DNA of 64,000 nucleotides from an uncultured Polynucleobacter sp. (GCA_964402975.1 CAYOEM010000005.1:39730-103729); one strand, 5' to 3'; positions 48,532 through 59,327 are shown, counted from the first letter of the stretch. Numbers and translations: made by a program. Notes: generated by a model from the letters alone, not told the origin.

Positions 48532-49488
48532 ATGTTATTTAACAATATTTTGGAAGCTATTGGTCGAACACCCCTGGTTCGGCTTCACCGCATCGTTAGT
48601 GGACTCGAATGTGAAGTCTACGCCAAGTGTGAATTCCTTAACCCCGGCGGATCCATAAAAGACAGGATTGGCTACCGGATGGTATTAGACGCGGAAAAGT
48701 CTGGGAGAATCAAAAGGGGAGACACACTCATTGAGCCCACCAGCGGCAATACGGGCATCGGTATCGCTTTAGCAGGCGCAGTGCTCGGGTACCGCGTCAT
48801 AATCACTCTCCCCGAGAAAATGAGCCGCGAAAAACAAGTCACGCTTGCTGCCCTAGGCGCCGAGATCATCAGAACCCCAACCGAGGCCGCCTGGGACTCT
48901 CCCGATAGTCACATTGGCGTCGCAAAGAAGCTTCAAAAGCAACTGCCGAGGGCACACATCCTAGATCAGTACATGAACCCAAGTAACCCGCAGGTTCACT
49001 ATGATACCACCGCAGCAGAAATCCTAGACGACCTTAAAGGAGCGGTCGACATGGTCGTCATGGGCGCTGGCACTGGCGGCACGATCACCGGGGTTGCCAG
49101 ACGCATCAGGGAAGCTTGCCCCTCTGTGAAAATCATTGGCGCCGACCCTGAAGGTTCGATTTTGGCCGGCGGCACGGACGTTCACTCTTATAAAGTCGAG
49201 GGCATCGGTTACGACTTCATACCCGAGGTGCTTGATCGCAAACAGGTCGATGAATGGGTAAAAACTAACGATAAAACGTCGTTTCTCTTGGCGCGCAGAC
49301 TCATACACGAAGAGGGCCTTTTGTGCGGAGGCTCAAGCGGATCGGCCATGATGGCCACCCTTCATGCCGCTAAAAAACTTAAGAAAGGTCAACGCTGCGT
49401 CGTCATTCTTCCTGACGGCATCCGAAACTACATGACGAAATTCGTGGAGCCCGATTGGATGAAGAAAGAAGGTTTTGCTTCAACCTGA
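48532..49488 (+). CDS. cbs: Cystathionine beta-synthase / cysteine synthase family PLP enzyme (no CBS domains)
   Basis: [60 protein letters not shown] (CBS-type signatures). Confidence 0.85.
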   Translation: MLFNNILEAIGRTPLVRLHRIVSGLECEVYAKCEFLNPGGSIKDRIGYRMVLDAEKSGRIKRGDTLIEPTSGNTGIGIALAGAVLGYRVIITLPEKMSREKQVTLAALGAEIIRTPTEAAWDSPDSHIGVAKKLQKQLPRAHILDQYMNPSNPQVHYDTTAAEILDDLKGAVDMVVMGAGTGGTITGVARRIREACPSVKIIGADPEGSILAGGTDVHSYKVEGIGYDFIPEVLDRKQVDEWVKTNDKTSFLLARRLIHEEGLLCGGSSGSAMMATLHAAKKLKKGQRCVVILPDGIRNYMTKFVEPDWMKKEGFAST

Positions 49489-50020
49489 TGGAGACTTTGT
49501 GGAATCTATTCTAGAAAAATTCAAAGATCCCAAATGGGGTGCTACAAGACTGTCTGAGCTGGCTATATTTAAGCGTTTCTCGGACTCCGAGCTTGCAAAA
49601 CTATACTCACTTGGAACATTCATGGTGATTCGCCCACAAAGTCACGCCGTGATCGAGGGCGAACCAACACGTGGATTATATCTAATCCTTGATGGAACGG
49701 TCAGTATTTATAAAACTGACCCAGAAAATCAATCCTTAGCCCGGATCGCAGTTCTTGAGAGCGGGACCCATTTTGGCGAACTCAGTCTTTTCGATAACGC
49801 TCCGCGATCTGCGACTGTAATCGCGGAAACCTCCACCCAATGCTTCCTTCTCGATGCAGACCAATTCGCACGTTATTTGGAGCAAATGGGAGAAAACCTA
49901 CAGCTTCGCTTTTACAAAACCTGCTCCGAAGATCTGGCCATTCGGCTGCGAAATTTGAACAGTGATTATATTTCAAGCCAAAACGTTCTATGGCGATATG
50001 CATTTCGTCAGGAAAAATAA
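49475..50020 (+). CDS. Cyclic-nucleotide-binding domain protein
   Basis: EGEP...[22 protein letters not shown]. Confidence 0.9.
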   Translation: MLQPDGDFVESILEKFKDPKWGATRLSELAIFKRFSDSELAKLYSLGTFMVIRPQSHAVIEGEPTRGLYLILDGTVSIYKTDPENQSLARIAVLESGTHFGELSLFDNAPRSATVIAETSTQCFLLDADQFARYLEQMGENLQLRFYKTCSEDLAIRLRNLNSDYISSQNVLWRYAFRQEK

Positions 50021-50047
50021 CACAATCAACACCACGGACGGTCTAAG

Positions 50048-52129
50048 ATGAAAAATAATCCGCTCATTTACCAAACAGAGCTACCCCCATTCGACATCAT
50101 ACGACCGGAACACGTTGAACCGGCTGTTGGTCACGTACTGTCGAATTTGAACCAGAGGTTTGAAGCTCTAGAATCAAACCTGCATGGTAACGTAAAACCA
50201 TCTTGGAACAATCTCATGATGCCGCTTGACGAGATCGACTATGATCTTTTTCGAGTGTGGTCTCCCGTTAGTCACCTCATGGGCGTCATGAACTCAGACG
50301 ACCTCCGCGTTGCATTCGAAAAAATGCAACCAGAAGTCGTAAAATTCAGCTTAAAAACGTCGCAAAGCCGAGCAGTATATGAGGCCCTGGAAAAAATCCG
50401 GAATTCGGCTGAATTTGCCTCGTTCTCGCGTCCACGACAAAGAATTATTGAACGAAATCTACTCTCGATGAAATTATCCGGCGTCGGTCTCTCAGGTGAA
50501 AAAAAAGAGCGGTATAACGCAATCGCTCAGGAGTTGGCGGCTCTCAAAACTAAATTTTCCAATAATGCTTTGGATTCAACTAAATCTTGGTCGATGACGC
50601 TAACCACAAAAGATGAGGTTGCTGGTTTGCCGGACTACTCGTTAGCGGGTGCCAGTCAAGAGTACAATCGGGCCAATAAGACTAGCTCTTCAACCGCAGC
50701 CCATGGGCCATGGAGATTCACCCAAGACGCGCCCAGCTATATCCCGTTCATTGAAAACTCCACCAGACGAGACCTCCGCGAGAAAACCTACCGAGCCCGA
50801 ATCGCTATTGCATCAGCCGGTGAACTTGATAATTCGCCCGTGATCGAAAAAATCCTCTCACTGCGAAAAGAGCAAGCACAACTCCTAGGTTTTAAAACCT
50901 ACGCTGAACAAAGCTTGACGTCTAAAATGGCCGGGCGCGTCGATGCAGTCGACAAACTTCTGGACGAGTTATTAAATGCCTCCTGGGAGCGTGGAAAACA
51001 TGAACATGCTGAACTAGAACGATTCGCCCAAGAAAAAGGGTTTTCTGCCCCACTTCTAGAGTGGGATATTCCCTACTACGCCGAGCGCCTCAAGGAAGAA
51101 CGCTACCAGTTTAGCGACGAAGAGCTTCGACCTTACTTCCCCATTACTAAAGTGCTCCACGGCTTATTTGTGCTGGTGGAAAGCCTATTTGGAATTAAAG
51201 TCGTCGAATCCCGAGGAGATGCGCCTACATGGCATCAGGACGTGCGTTTTTTCAAGGTTTTTGACGTTGAAACAAAACACCATATCGCGTCGTTCTTTCT
51301 CGACCCGTATGCTAGACCGGGGCAGAAGCGAGCGGGTGCTTGGATGGATGATTGCGTGAACCGAAGAAAGCTGGGTGATAAAACGGCGATTCCTGTAGCC
51401 CACCTTATTTGCAATGGAACCCCACCAGTCGCCGACCAGCCGGCACTTATGGGCTTTGATGAGGTTCACACCCTATTCCATGAATTCGGTCATGGACTGC
51501 AGCACATGCTGACCGTAATTGACGAACCAGGCGCCTCCGGAATCAACGGAATTGAGTGGGATGCGGTCGAACTGGCGAGTCAATTCATGGAAAACTGGCT
51601 CTACCACGAACCCGTACTTCGTTCCATCAGCGGTCACTACAAAACAAACGCGCCGCTGCCAGATACTTTGGTCAACAAAATATTGGCGGCTCGAAACTAT
51701 AGAGCAGCCAGCATGATGCTCCGCCAATTACACTTTGGCCTCACCGATATTGAATTACACCACCGCCATGTTGCGGGGGGCCCCGAAACACCTCACGATG
51801 TTTTTAACCGTATAGCGCGAAAGACAAACGTCCTACCACCGCGGCCTGAGAATAGGTTCCTATGTGCCTTTAGCCACATTTTTTCGGGCGGCTATTCGGC
51901 AGGATACTACAGCTACAAGTGGGCAGAAGTTCTGAGTGCTGATGCCTTTGCTGCTTTCGAGGACGTGGGCCTTGATAATATAGCCGCTGTCGAAGAAACG
52001 GGGCGTCGCTATCGCGCCACAATACTCGCACTCGGCGGCGGCGAACACCCCATGGACGTGTTCAAAAAATTTCGAGGCCGCGAACCGTCGACTCAAGCCT
52101 TACTTCGTCATAGCGGACTTTTAAGCTAA
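50048..52129 (+). CDS. prlC: Oligopeptidase A (M3 family)
   Basis: KRAGAWMD, TLFHEFGHGLQH, WDAVELASQFMENW, GYYSYKWAEVL, FRGREP. Confidence 0.96.
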   Translation: MKNNPLIYQTELPPFDIIRPEHVEPAVGHVLSNLNQRFEALESNLHGNVKPSWNNLMMPLDEIDYDLFRVWSPVSHLMGVMNSDDLRVAFEKMQPEVVKFSLKTSQSRAVYEALEKIRNSAEFASFSRPRQRIIERNLLSMKLSGVGLSGEKKERYNAIAQELAALKTKFSNNALDSTKSWSMTLTTKDEVAGLPDYSLAGASQEYNRANKTSSSTAAHGPWRFTQDAPSYIPFIENSTRRDLREKTYRARIAIASAGELDNSPVIEKILSLRKEQAQLLGFKTYAEQSLTSKMAGRVDAVDKLLDELLNASWERGKHEHAELERFAQEKGFSAPLLEWDIPYYAERLKEERYQFSDEELRPYFPITKVLHGLFVLVESLFGIKVVESRGDAPTWHQDVRFFKVFDVETKHHIASFFLDPYARPGQKRAGAWMDDCVNRRKLGDKTAIPVAHLICNGTPPVADQPALMGFDEVHTLFHEFGHGLQHMLTVIDEPGASGINGIEWDAVELASQFMENWLYHEPVLRSISGHYKTNAPLPDTLVNKILAARNYRAASMMLRQLHFGLTDIELHHRHVAGGPETPHDVFNRIARKTNVLPPRPENRFLCAFSHIFSGGYSAGYYSYKWAEVLSADAFAAFEDVGLDNIAAVEETGRRYRATILALGGGEHPMDVFKKFRGREPSTQALLRHSGLLS

Positions 52130-52145
52130 GGAAAGGCTGTGTCCG

Positions 52146-53867
52146 ATGGAAAAAGTCAACATAGGCATACCGTTGCGTCGCCAGATCCGAAATGTGGGCC
52201 GACTCGCACAAATTGTTAACGTGTTCGCCAAGCATGGTTACTGGACGGCAATTGAACGAATTGAAATGCGGAAGGTACTCAGTGATGCCGAAATGCAGAA
52301 GGCTGCATCGGAGTCAAAGGACGCGGATCAACTGGCGGCGTCCGGCCAACAAAAGCTCGAGGGAATTCCCGCCCGATTTCGCAGAGCTTTAGAGGAACTT
52401 GGCCCTGCATTCGTAAAACTTGGCCAAATCCTGGCCGTTCGTGAGGATTTGCTCCCGAAGGAATTTACAGACGAGTTGTGCAAACTACATAGCAACGTCG
52501 ACTCAATACCATATTCAGTCATCAAACAAAGACTACTTGACGATCTAGGAGAGTCGAAAATATCACAATTTGCCTCCATAGAAGCAACACCGCTGGCTGC
52601 GGGAAGCATCGCCCAGGTCCACGCGGCCACACTGACTGACGGCACTCAGGTGGTTATAAAAATTCAAAGGCCAGGAATAAAATCACAGATAGAAGTTGAC
52701 TTGGATTTGATGGCCACCATTGCCCAACTGCTAGAAAGATACATTCCCGAGATCCGATTTATAAACCCCTCTGCTATTGTACAAGCCTTATCCGACGCAC
52801 TTCGATCTGAATTAGACTTTGTACGCGAGGGAGGAAGTATTGCTAAAATCGCTGGAAACTTTAAAGACGTCCCCCACGTGCACTTCCCAAAAGTGTACTG
52901 GCACCTCTCAACAAATCGGGTTCTTACACTGTCAAAAATCGACGGAATCCCAGCTGACGACAGGGCGCGACTTTTGGGCGCTGGGATAGACGTAAAAAAA
53001 CTCATCGGACGTGGACTTGCCATGTTTATGAAAATGGTTTTTGTCGATGGATTTTTCCATGGCGATCTTCATCCTGGAAACCTCTTGGCCAAGCCAGACT
53101 CAGAGATTGGACTACTAGACTTTGGGCTCACGATTCGATTAGGCGTCCTGACCAGAGAAAATCTTGCCGGTCTTCTGATGAGCCTTGCCCGAGAAGATTA
53201 TGAAGGAATGGTTAACTATTATCTTGAAATTGCTGACCCATCACCATCACTAGACGTGAAGCAATTTCAACATGATGTTGCAAACGCCGTTGCTCCTTTC
53301 GTGGGCCTTTCACTCAAACAGACACAGAATGGCGCATTACTTTGGGATTTGGCGCGGATAGCCGCTAAACATGGCACGCCCTTTCCCCAAGATATGATTG
53401 TGTTTGTAAAAACGCTAGCCACTCTCGAGGGTGTCGGCGCAAAGCTAGATCCTGATTTCAACCTCATGACCCACATCGAGGAGTTTGCGTCGGAGTTGTT
53501 TAGTGACTTGTACTCACCAAAGCGTCTACAAGATCAAGCTCTGTCTATTGGACGCGATCTGGCCAACCTTCTTCGGTACGCACCCATTCAGACTCGACGC
53601 CTCTTAAACGCCGCCTTGGATGGCCAGCTTAAAATTATTTTCGCTAGTCCTGATGTCATCAGGCTTTCACGTGCAATCGACCGATCGGGTAGTCGAATTG
53701 CCGTCGCGATGATTGTGGCCGCTCTCCTGATTGGCTCGTCTATTCTCACCTACGCCGCCGCCCCCAATCAGCCGAACACGGGCGTTATCGGTATTGGTGG
53801 ATTTGTCATGGCAGGAGTTTTGGCGGTCTATATTGTAGTTTCCATGCTGCGTTCAGGCCGTCTATAA
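52146..53867 (+). CDS. ubiB: UbiB/AarF ABC1 kinase with C-terminal TMs
   Basis: LEELGPAFVKLGQ, PLAAGSIAQVH, VVIKIQRPG, ELDF, FFHGDLHPGN, LDFG. Confidence 0.88.
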   Translation: MEKVNIGIPLRRQIRNVGRLAQIVNVFAKHGYWTAIERIEMRKVLSDAEMQKAASESKDADQLAASGQQKLEGIPARFRRALEELGPAFVKLGQILAVREDLLPKEFTDELCKLHSNVDSIPYSVIKQRLLDDLGESKISQFASIEATPLAAGSIAQVHAATLTDGTQVVIKIQRPGIKSQIEVDLDLMATIAQLLERYIPEIRFINPSAIVQALSDALRSELDFVREGGSIAKIAGNFKDVPHVHFPKVYWHLSTNRVLTLSKIDGIPADDRARLLGAGIDVKKLIGRGLAMFMKMVFVDGFFHGDLHPGNLLAKPDSEIGLLDFGLTIRLGVLTRENLAGLLMSLAREDYEGMVNYYLEIADPSPSLDVKQFQHDVANAVAPFVGLSLKQTQNGALLWDLARIAAKHGTPFPQDMIVFVKTLATLEGVGAKLDPDFNLMTHIEEFASELFSDLYSPKRLQDQALSIGRDLANLLRYAPIQTRRLLNAALDGQLKIIFASPDVIRLSRAIDRSGSRIAVAMIVAALLIGSSILTYAAAPNQPNTGVIGIGGFVMAGVLAVYIVVSMLRSGRL

Positions 53868-53923
53868 TCTCGGACGTAGCAACGACTTTTTAGACCTCAT
53901 GCGAAGGGGAGAGATGTCCTCCA

Positions 53924-54940
53924 ATGAAATTTTTAACACCAACTTTAATAATAATTTTCAATACGTCATGCATATCTGCACCATCAAAAACTGCCTCACA
54001 AGCTTCGTCACCGAAAGTGACCATCACGGAAACTCATGACATCTACTTCAGTGGTTCTAACACCGATGTACAAAGAGATACCAAAGCTTGCCTTTTTCTG
54101 GCTGGAGGTGGCCCTGATCTTGATGACGCTTGGGATTGGTTTTTAAAACAAGCAAATTTCGGCGACATCATTGTTCTGCGGGGCAGCGGATCTGACGGCT
54201 ACAATGGCATGCTCATTGAAAAAGGGGCTAATTCTGTAGCGTCTGTCGTAGTCAAGACAAGCAAAGCTGCCAGTGATACTGACTTGCTACAAAGAATTCG
54301 TCGAGCCGAGGGTATTTTTTTCGCCGGCGGCGATCAATCTGATTACGCAAGACACTTGACTGGCACCCCTATTATTAAAGAAGTTAATGCGGCGGCAAAA
54401 AGAGGTGTTCCGGTTGGAGGTACATCAGCTGGCCTCGCGATTCTGGGGGAATTCTACTTTCCCGCTTACAAAGACACAATCACGTCATCTGATGCCCTTA
54501 GCAATCCTCACCACGAACGTTTGGTCCTTGAAAAGAGACTCCTTGATTTACCGCTTTTAAAAAATCTGATCACCGACTCTCATTTTGAAAATCGCAACCG
54601 CATGGGTCGTCTCATCACGTTCATGGCTCGAATAATAAGCGATAAATGGTCTCAAAAAATTCGCGCGATCGGAGTCGATGAAAGCACTGCTGTTATGATT
54701 GACGGCGAAGCTATTGCCCGGGTTTTTTCAAAAAGTGGTCACGCATATCTTATCGAGCCTACCGGAGCTCCCTCGGCATGTTCAAAAAGCACGCCGCTGA
54801 CTTTTGAAAAAATCAATGTGCGGAAACTACCCGGCGGCAGCGTATTTGACTTTTCTGAATGGTCCATCAGCAAAGCACCTCACTATACGCTTGAGGTCAT
54901 TGATGGCAAAATCATCTCAAATATCGGAACCGTTTACTGA
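53924..54940 (+). CDS. Exported cyanophycinase-like S51 peptidase
   Basis: Signal ending TSC; LAGGG, IFFAGGDQ, GGTSAG nucleophile, DSHF..RNRMGRL, IGVDESTA. Confidence 0.85.
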   Translation: MKFLTPTLIIIFNTSCISAPSKTASQASSPKVTITETHDIYFSGSNTDVQRDTKACLFLAGGGPDLDDAWDWFLKQANFGDIIVLRGSGSDGYNGMLIEKGANSVASVVVKTSKAASDTDLLQRIRRAEGIFFAGGDQSDYARHLTGTPIIKEVNAAAKRGVPVGGTSAGLAILGEFYFPAYKDTITSSDALSNPHHERLVLEKRLLDLPLLKNLITDSHFENRNRMGRLITFMARIISDKWSQKIRAIGVDESTAVMIDGEAIARVFSKSGHAYLIEPTGAPSACSKSTPLTFEKINVRKLPGGSVFDFSEWSISKAPHYTLEVIDGKIISNIGTVY

Positions 54941-54951
54941 TATGCTTTTTT

Positions 54952-56880
54952 TCAGCGATCACGCCAGAGAGGCACATTAAAATCTTCTTGGAGACACTCT
55001 GCGACCTCGGCTAAGGGAAGACCAACAACGTTGGAAAACGAACCATGGACCTCTCTCACCATGAAGCTTCCAAGCCCCTGGGCTGCATATCCTCCGGCTT
55101 TATCAAATGGCTCACCGGTCTCGATATACCCCTCCATTTCAGTTCCATTAAGTTTCTTGATGGCCACTTCAGTCGCCACGGTAAATTCTCTGATCTTCTC
55201 CACCCGAGCGGAGGAAATATGTGCAACGCATACCGCTGTCAATACAACGTGAGTGCGACCGCTTAGGGCAGTCAGCATCTCATTAGCCTCATTTGCGCTC
55301 ATAGGTTTTTCTAGAATCTTGCCGTCGATCACTACTATAGTGTCAGCAGTAATGACCAAAGCTCCTGACGGATGACTGCGTCTGGCTTGTTCACAAATCC
55401 AGGTGTTCTTTTCCCTTGCATTCCTTGCAACATAAGTCTCAGCATCCTCACCATCCAATGGACGCTCCTCGGTCTCTGGTTTCACGATTGTGAAATCCAG
55501 GCCCAGATGACTCAGCAATTCCTTACGTCGAGGCGAGGAGCTGCCAAGGATAATTGGAAGCCTTGAGATATGAGATAAAACGGCTTCTTCATACTGCAGA
55601 ACACCCTGGCCGATGTCAGAGCGCCACTGGGCTTCCGGCCAATAACTGCGAAGCCGCTCCACGCGAGCTAGTGCCTTAGACTTGGCGGCGTTGAATGTCC
55701 TGCCCGTTCCAGCAATCAGGAAAACACGACCGCTACCAGTTTTAACGCCACCTTCAGCAGGCTTTACGCTGGCGGCGAAAACAGCTGATCCGTCATTCTG
55801 GCCTTCGATTGCTGACCACGGTACAAAACCTTCAACATCCGGCATCTCTCCATAAGGATATCCACTGGACGCCAACACATACCCCATAACTGGCTTTGGA
55901 CTAACGGCCTGAACCGATCGCCTCAATTTAACTCCAAGCTTTGAGGCAATGACGGGCAACCAGTCAGTTTGATCCGAGAGCGCAAGAACTTGCGCCTCCG
56001 GATCACCAAACCTGACGTTAAACTCAACGACAGAAGGACCTCTGTCTGACCACATCAAACCCACATATAAGCAGCCCGTGTAACTTATCCCGTTACGCTC
56101 CAACGTTTCCAATAGTGGTTTTACAATTCGCGTATCAACTTGATCCCCTGCGTCACCTGGGAGCCAGGGAACCGGTGTATAACAACCCATACCACCCGTG
56201 TTGGGACCCTTATCCCCAGCTAGTAGGCGCTTGTGATCAACAGCAAAGCCGATACGAGAAATTTTGCCAGCACCCACGAGACAAAAATAACTAACCTCTC
56301 GGCCGAATAGAATCTCCTCTATGACCACACTTTTGGCCGCCTCGCTCAGACCTTTGCTGTACAAACGCTCTATTGCATCGGAAATATTCTGCTCATTTTT
56401 GCAAACAAATACGCCTTTTCCGCTGGCCAATCCGCTGGCTTTGAGAACAACCCCCCCATCTCGAGCCAAAATCCTGGTGGCTTGTCGTAAACAATCATCG
56501 CGATTCGTAACAACTTCGTGGGCGGCAGTAGGAATACTGGCCTCCATCATAATTCTCTTGGCAAAAACCTTCGAAGATTCCAACTGGGCGGCGGCCTGGG
56601 TGGGCCCAAAAACTTTAAGACCACGTTTCGTCATGACATCCGTGATACCCTCCGCCAACGGCCCTTCCGGACCGACAACCACGATATCAACACCAAAAGC
56701 TATGGCGGCATCAGCAATTTTATCAAACGACGTATCTGGGGATAACCCAAGGGCCGTGGCAATTCGATTAGTCGCAGGGTTTCCTGGCCATACAAATAAA
56801 GCGCGGCACTCTGGAGATTTTTTAAACTTCCACGCAAGAGCGTGCTCACGGCCACCCGAACCAATCAGCAAAACTCGCAT
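54952..56880 (-). CDS. purD: Phosphoribosylamine--glycine ligase fused to a C-terminal Maf/YhdE NTP pyrophosphatase
   Basis: GSGGREHAL, VGPE.PL, LESSK.FAK, KASGLASGKGV, GPNTGGMG, EFNVRFGDPE, RSDIG; then ILGSSSPRR, ADTIV, EKP, DKAGGY..QG, NVVGLP. Confidence 0.93.
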   Translation of the reverse strand: MRVLLIGSGGREHALAWKFKKSPECRALFVWPGNPATNRIATALGLSPDTSFDKIADAAIAFGVDIVVVGPEGPLAEGITDVMTKRGLKVFGPTQAAAQLESSKVFAKRIMMEASIPTAAHEVVTNRDDCLRQATRILARDGGVVLKASGLASGKGVFVCKNEQNISDAIERLYSKGLSEAAKSVVIEEILFGREVSYFCLVGAGKISRIGFAVDHKRLLAGDKGPNTGGMGCYTPVPWLPGDAGDQVDTRIVKPLLETLERNGISYTGCLYVGLMWSDRGPSVVEFNVRFGDPEAQVLALSDQTDWLPVIASKLGVKLRRSVQAVSPKPVMGYVLASSGYPYGEMPDVEGFVPWSAIEGQNDGSAVFAASVKPAEGGVKTGSGRVFLIAGTGRTFNAAKSKALARVERLRSYWPEAQWRSDIGQGVLQYEEAVLSHISRLPIILGSSSPRRKELLSHLGLDFTIVKPETEERPLDGEDAETYVARNAREKNTWICEQARRSHPSGALVITADTIVVIDGKILEKPMSANEANEMLTALSGRTHVVLTAVCVAHISSARVEKIREFTVATEVAIKKLNGTEMEGYIETGEPFDKAGGYAAQGLGSFMVREVHGSFSNVVGLPLAEVAECLQEDFNVPLWRDR

Positions 56881-57043
56881 GGGCCCCCCGACGACGGACT
56901 AACCAAGATGGCTTTGACATCCCCTGACAATTTCGTGAAATACCTGTAACTATTGAGAAAGTCAACGCTATCGGTGTACTATACAGGGCTTCATGTTAAA
57001 TTAACAGAGCTTGGTTAAGAGTTTTAGAGGAGGAGATTTTCAA

Positions 57044-57322
57044 ATGCCCAATTACGAGTACAACTGCCTCACATGCGGTAAGACCCTCGAAATTCATCAT
57101 AAAATGTCAGAAGCTGCTCCTCTGCTCGCTCCCGGTTGCATCACGGATAACTGTCACCTAGAAAAGAAAATGTCGGCTCCAGCTTCGGTCGTTAGATCGG
57201 GAAATCCGTTGTCAGGCCATAGGCTGAACGGATCTAGCGGCGCCAGCTTGCCTAGCCAATCAAATGCCGAATCTGGCGCTGTTCATAGCTGTGGCACAGG
57301 TTGCACGTTTCACCGGCACTGA
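57044..57322 (+). CDS. FmdB-family zinc-ribbon protein
   Basis: GGAGGAG RBS; MPNYEYNCLTCG; C-terminal CGTGC. Confidence 0.85.
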   Translation: MPNYEYNCLTCGKTLEIHHKMSEAAPLLAPGCITDNCHLEKKMSAPASVVRSGNPLSGHRLNGSSGASLPSQSNAESGAVHSCGTGCTFHRH

Positions 57323-57393
57323 TCTATGATAGCCCCCTGATGTTAAGCCCAGACCTGATATCGGGCATCCTATTTTCCGCGGGATATTTAATT

Positions 57394-58437
57394 ATGAGTA
57401 GCAGCATTAAGTCATTGATTAGATCTGGAACAAAATTATGGCTCGACAGTGTCGACCCAGATCTTGTGAAGCGCAACGTTGCGCTTGGCGCCACAGGCGC
57501 AACGAGTAATCCGATTATCATTGCCGACCTGGTAAAAACCGGGCGATTTGACGACCACATAAAAGAAATGTCCCGGCAAGGACATGACCCGGAAGCTACG
57601 GCCTGGAAAGTTACCAATCATTTGGTGGCGGAAGCTGAGCGCGAATTATTGCCAGTCTTTAAAAAAACAAACGGCGACGATGGCTATGTCAGTTTTGAGC
57701 TAGACCCGCTTCTTGAAGACGTGGATTGCTCCTTAAGCACCGACGAGCGCAGCCAACGATACGTCGAGCTCGGTAAGGCATGGTCTCGTCATCACCCGAA
57801 TCGAATGATTAAAGTCCCCGCAACCCCCGCAGGTCTTGGCTCTTTAAAGGAGCTGGCGGCTGCCGGTATACCACTGAATGTCACACTCATTTTTTCCAAA
57901 CGCCAATATCACGCTGCTCGCGAGGCGATCTGGCGGGGAGCGCAGCGGTTAAAATCTCTTGATCAGTTTAAAAGCGTCTACAGTATTTTCGTATCTCGTA
58001 TCGACGTTTATACGGCAACTAAATATCCTAACCTATCAGCTAGCGCCCAAGGCTTTGCGGGCATTGTCAACGCACAGATGCTTTGGCAGGACAATCAGGC
58101 ATTTTGGACAAATAACAAGACCCCGCTAAAACAAGAGATTATTTTTGCGAGCACGGGCACTAAAAATCCTTCAGATAAACCTTGGAAGTACGTAGCTGCC
58201 TTGGCAGGAAGTGATATTCAGACAAATCCCCCCCAGACCAACGACGCCGTAGCTCAATCGGGACAGAACTTTGAGCGCAAAATTGATTGCTTTCCCCCTA
58301 AAGACGTCATGAATGAACTTCTGACGTCGATTGACTGGCAGAAGCTCGAACAGGATCTTATGGCCGATGGACTCGCCAAGTTCGCGACGCCACACAAAGC
58401 TCTCATTGAACTTATTACGCAGAAAATTCGGCATTAA
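57394..58437 (+). CDS. tal: Transaldolase
   Basis: LWLDS, GATSNP, GYVSFE, MIKVPAT, NVTLIFS, SIFVSRID, FASTGTK. Confidence 0.92.
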   Translation: MSSSIKSLIRSGTKLWLDSVDPDLVKRNVALGATGATSNPIIIADLVKTGRFDDHIKEMSRQGHDPEATAWKVTNHLVAEAERELLPVFKKTNGDDGYVSFELDPLLEDVDCSLSTDERSQRYVELGKAWSRHHPNRMIKVPATPAGLGSLKELAAAGIPLNVTLIFSKRQYHAAREAIWRGAQRLKSLDQFKSVYSIFVSRIDVYTATKYPNLSASAQGFAGIVNAQMLWQDNQAFWTNNKTPLKQEIIFASTGTKNPSDKPWKYVAALAGSDIQTNPPQTNDAVAQSGQNFERKIDCFPPKDVMNELLTSIDWQKLEQDLMADGLAKFATPHKALIELITQKIRH

Positions 58438-58442
58438 ACAAC

Positions 58443-59249
58443 ATGGCTCACGGAGTGTCAGCAAGGGGCATTGTTGGATTAGGAGCGCTTGGCCAGGCCT
58501 TTGACAAGATAACGTCAGACCGCTCAACGCTAGACGTGGTTTTTTTTACGGTCAAAGCGTTTGATCTGCGAAATGCCCTACTTGAACAGGCCGACAAATG
58601 GCCCAGCCATTTACCATTCATCACCATGTGTAACGGGTACATCTGGCCCATTATCCTTGATATTCAAAATCAACTTGGTGGTCGTCCCATACGTGTGGGG
58701 ATGACGACGATCGGCAGCACGATTATGCCCTCTGGCGGAGTCCAAATATTCACCGAAGGCACCACGACCGCTTGGGGAAATTGGCCCAGCCCAGATAAAA
58801 CTATAGCGCCACCTACATCCGAGGAGCTCAGCTGCCTTAAGACATTTCCAAATGGAACTTGGTATGATGACATTAGACCGATTATTCGCCGCAAGTGGAT
58901 TTTGAATGTAGCTATTAATTCATTGGCAGCATTTCACCGTCTTGATCGAAATGGACTATTAGTAAACCACAAGCAGGAGGTCGAAGCCGTCCTAAGCGAA
59001 GCTATTGATCTAGCTGGCAAGCTTTGGACTGATTTAACTTGGGAAACTGGTGCAAGAGATAATATTCTCAAACAAATTTGGCAGGTCGTGAACGCTACAG
59101 CTGGGAACAAAAATAGCATGGTCAGGGATGTGATGTTGGGACGTCAAACGGAGTCTGACTTTCTCGCGGGCATGGCTTGGCATTTCCATGGGTTTCCTAA
59201 GCTAAAAAAACTTCACGAGGCAATAATCGATCAAGCTGATTCTATTTAA
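58443..59249 (+). CDS. panE: Ketopantoate reductase-like protein with shortened Rossmann domain
   Basis: GLGALG, TVKAFD, CNG, RKWILNVAINSL, NSMVRD, RQTESD. Confidence 0.72.
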   Translation: MAHGVSARGIVGLGALGQAFDKITSDRSTLDVVFFTVKAFDLRNALLEQADKWPSHLPFITMCNGYIWPIILDIQNQLGGRPIRVGMTTIGSTIMPSGGVQIFTEGTTTAWGNWPSPDKTIAPPTSEELSCLKTFPNGTWYDDIRPIIRRKWILNVAINSLAAFHRLDRNGLLVNHKQEVEAVLSEAIDLAGKLWTDLTWETGARDNILKQIWQVVNATAGNKNSMVRDVMLGRQTESDFLAGMAWHFHGFPKLKKLHEAIIDQADSI

Positions 59250-59300
59250 ATTTTTTCTGATTTTTTGTGATTTTTAAAAATTTAAATTCGCACCGTTCCT

Positions 59301-59327
59301 TAACCACCGCACGAAACAGTCCGAACA
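59301..59327 (+). promoter_or_regulatory. Putative sigma28-type promoter preceded by phased T-tracts
   Basis: TAAC-N15-TCCGAACA 26 nt before ATG 59354; T-tracts at 59251, 59261, 59271, 59281. Confidence 0.45.

Noticed and set aside
55560-55625. PurD-Maf fusion as a frameshift artefact (out-of-frame ATGA in the linker)
   Set aside because: Restoring an ATGA-coupled gene pair would need two independent indels; the single continuous ORF is simpler
56321-56902. 193-aa plus-strand ORF and many other short antisense/overlapping ORFs (e.g. 2587-3066, 18613-19086)
   Set aside because: Shadows of well-supported genes, with no motifs or RBS
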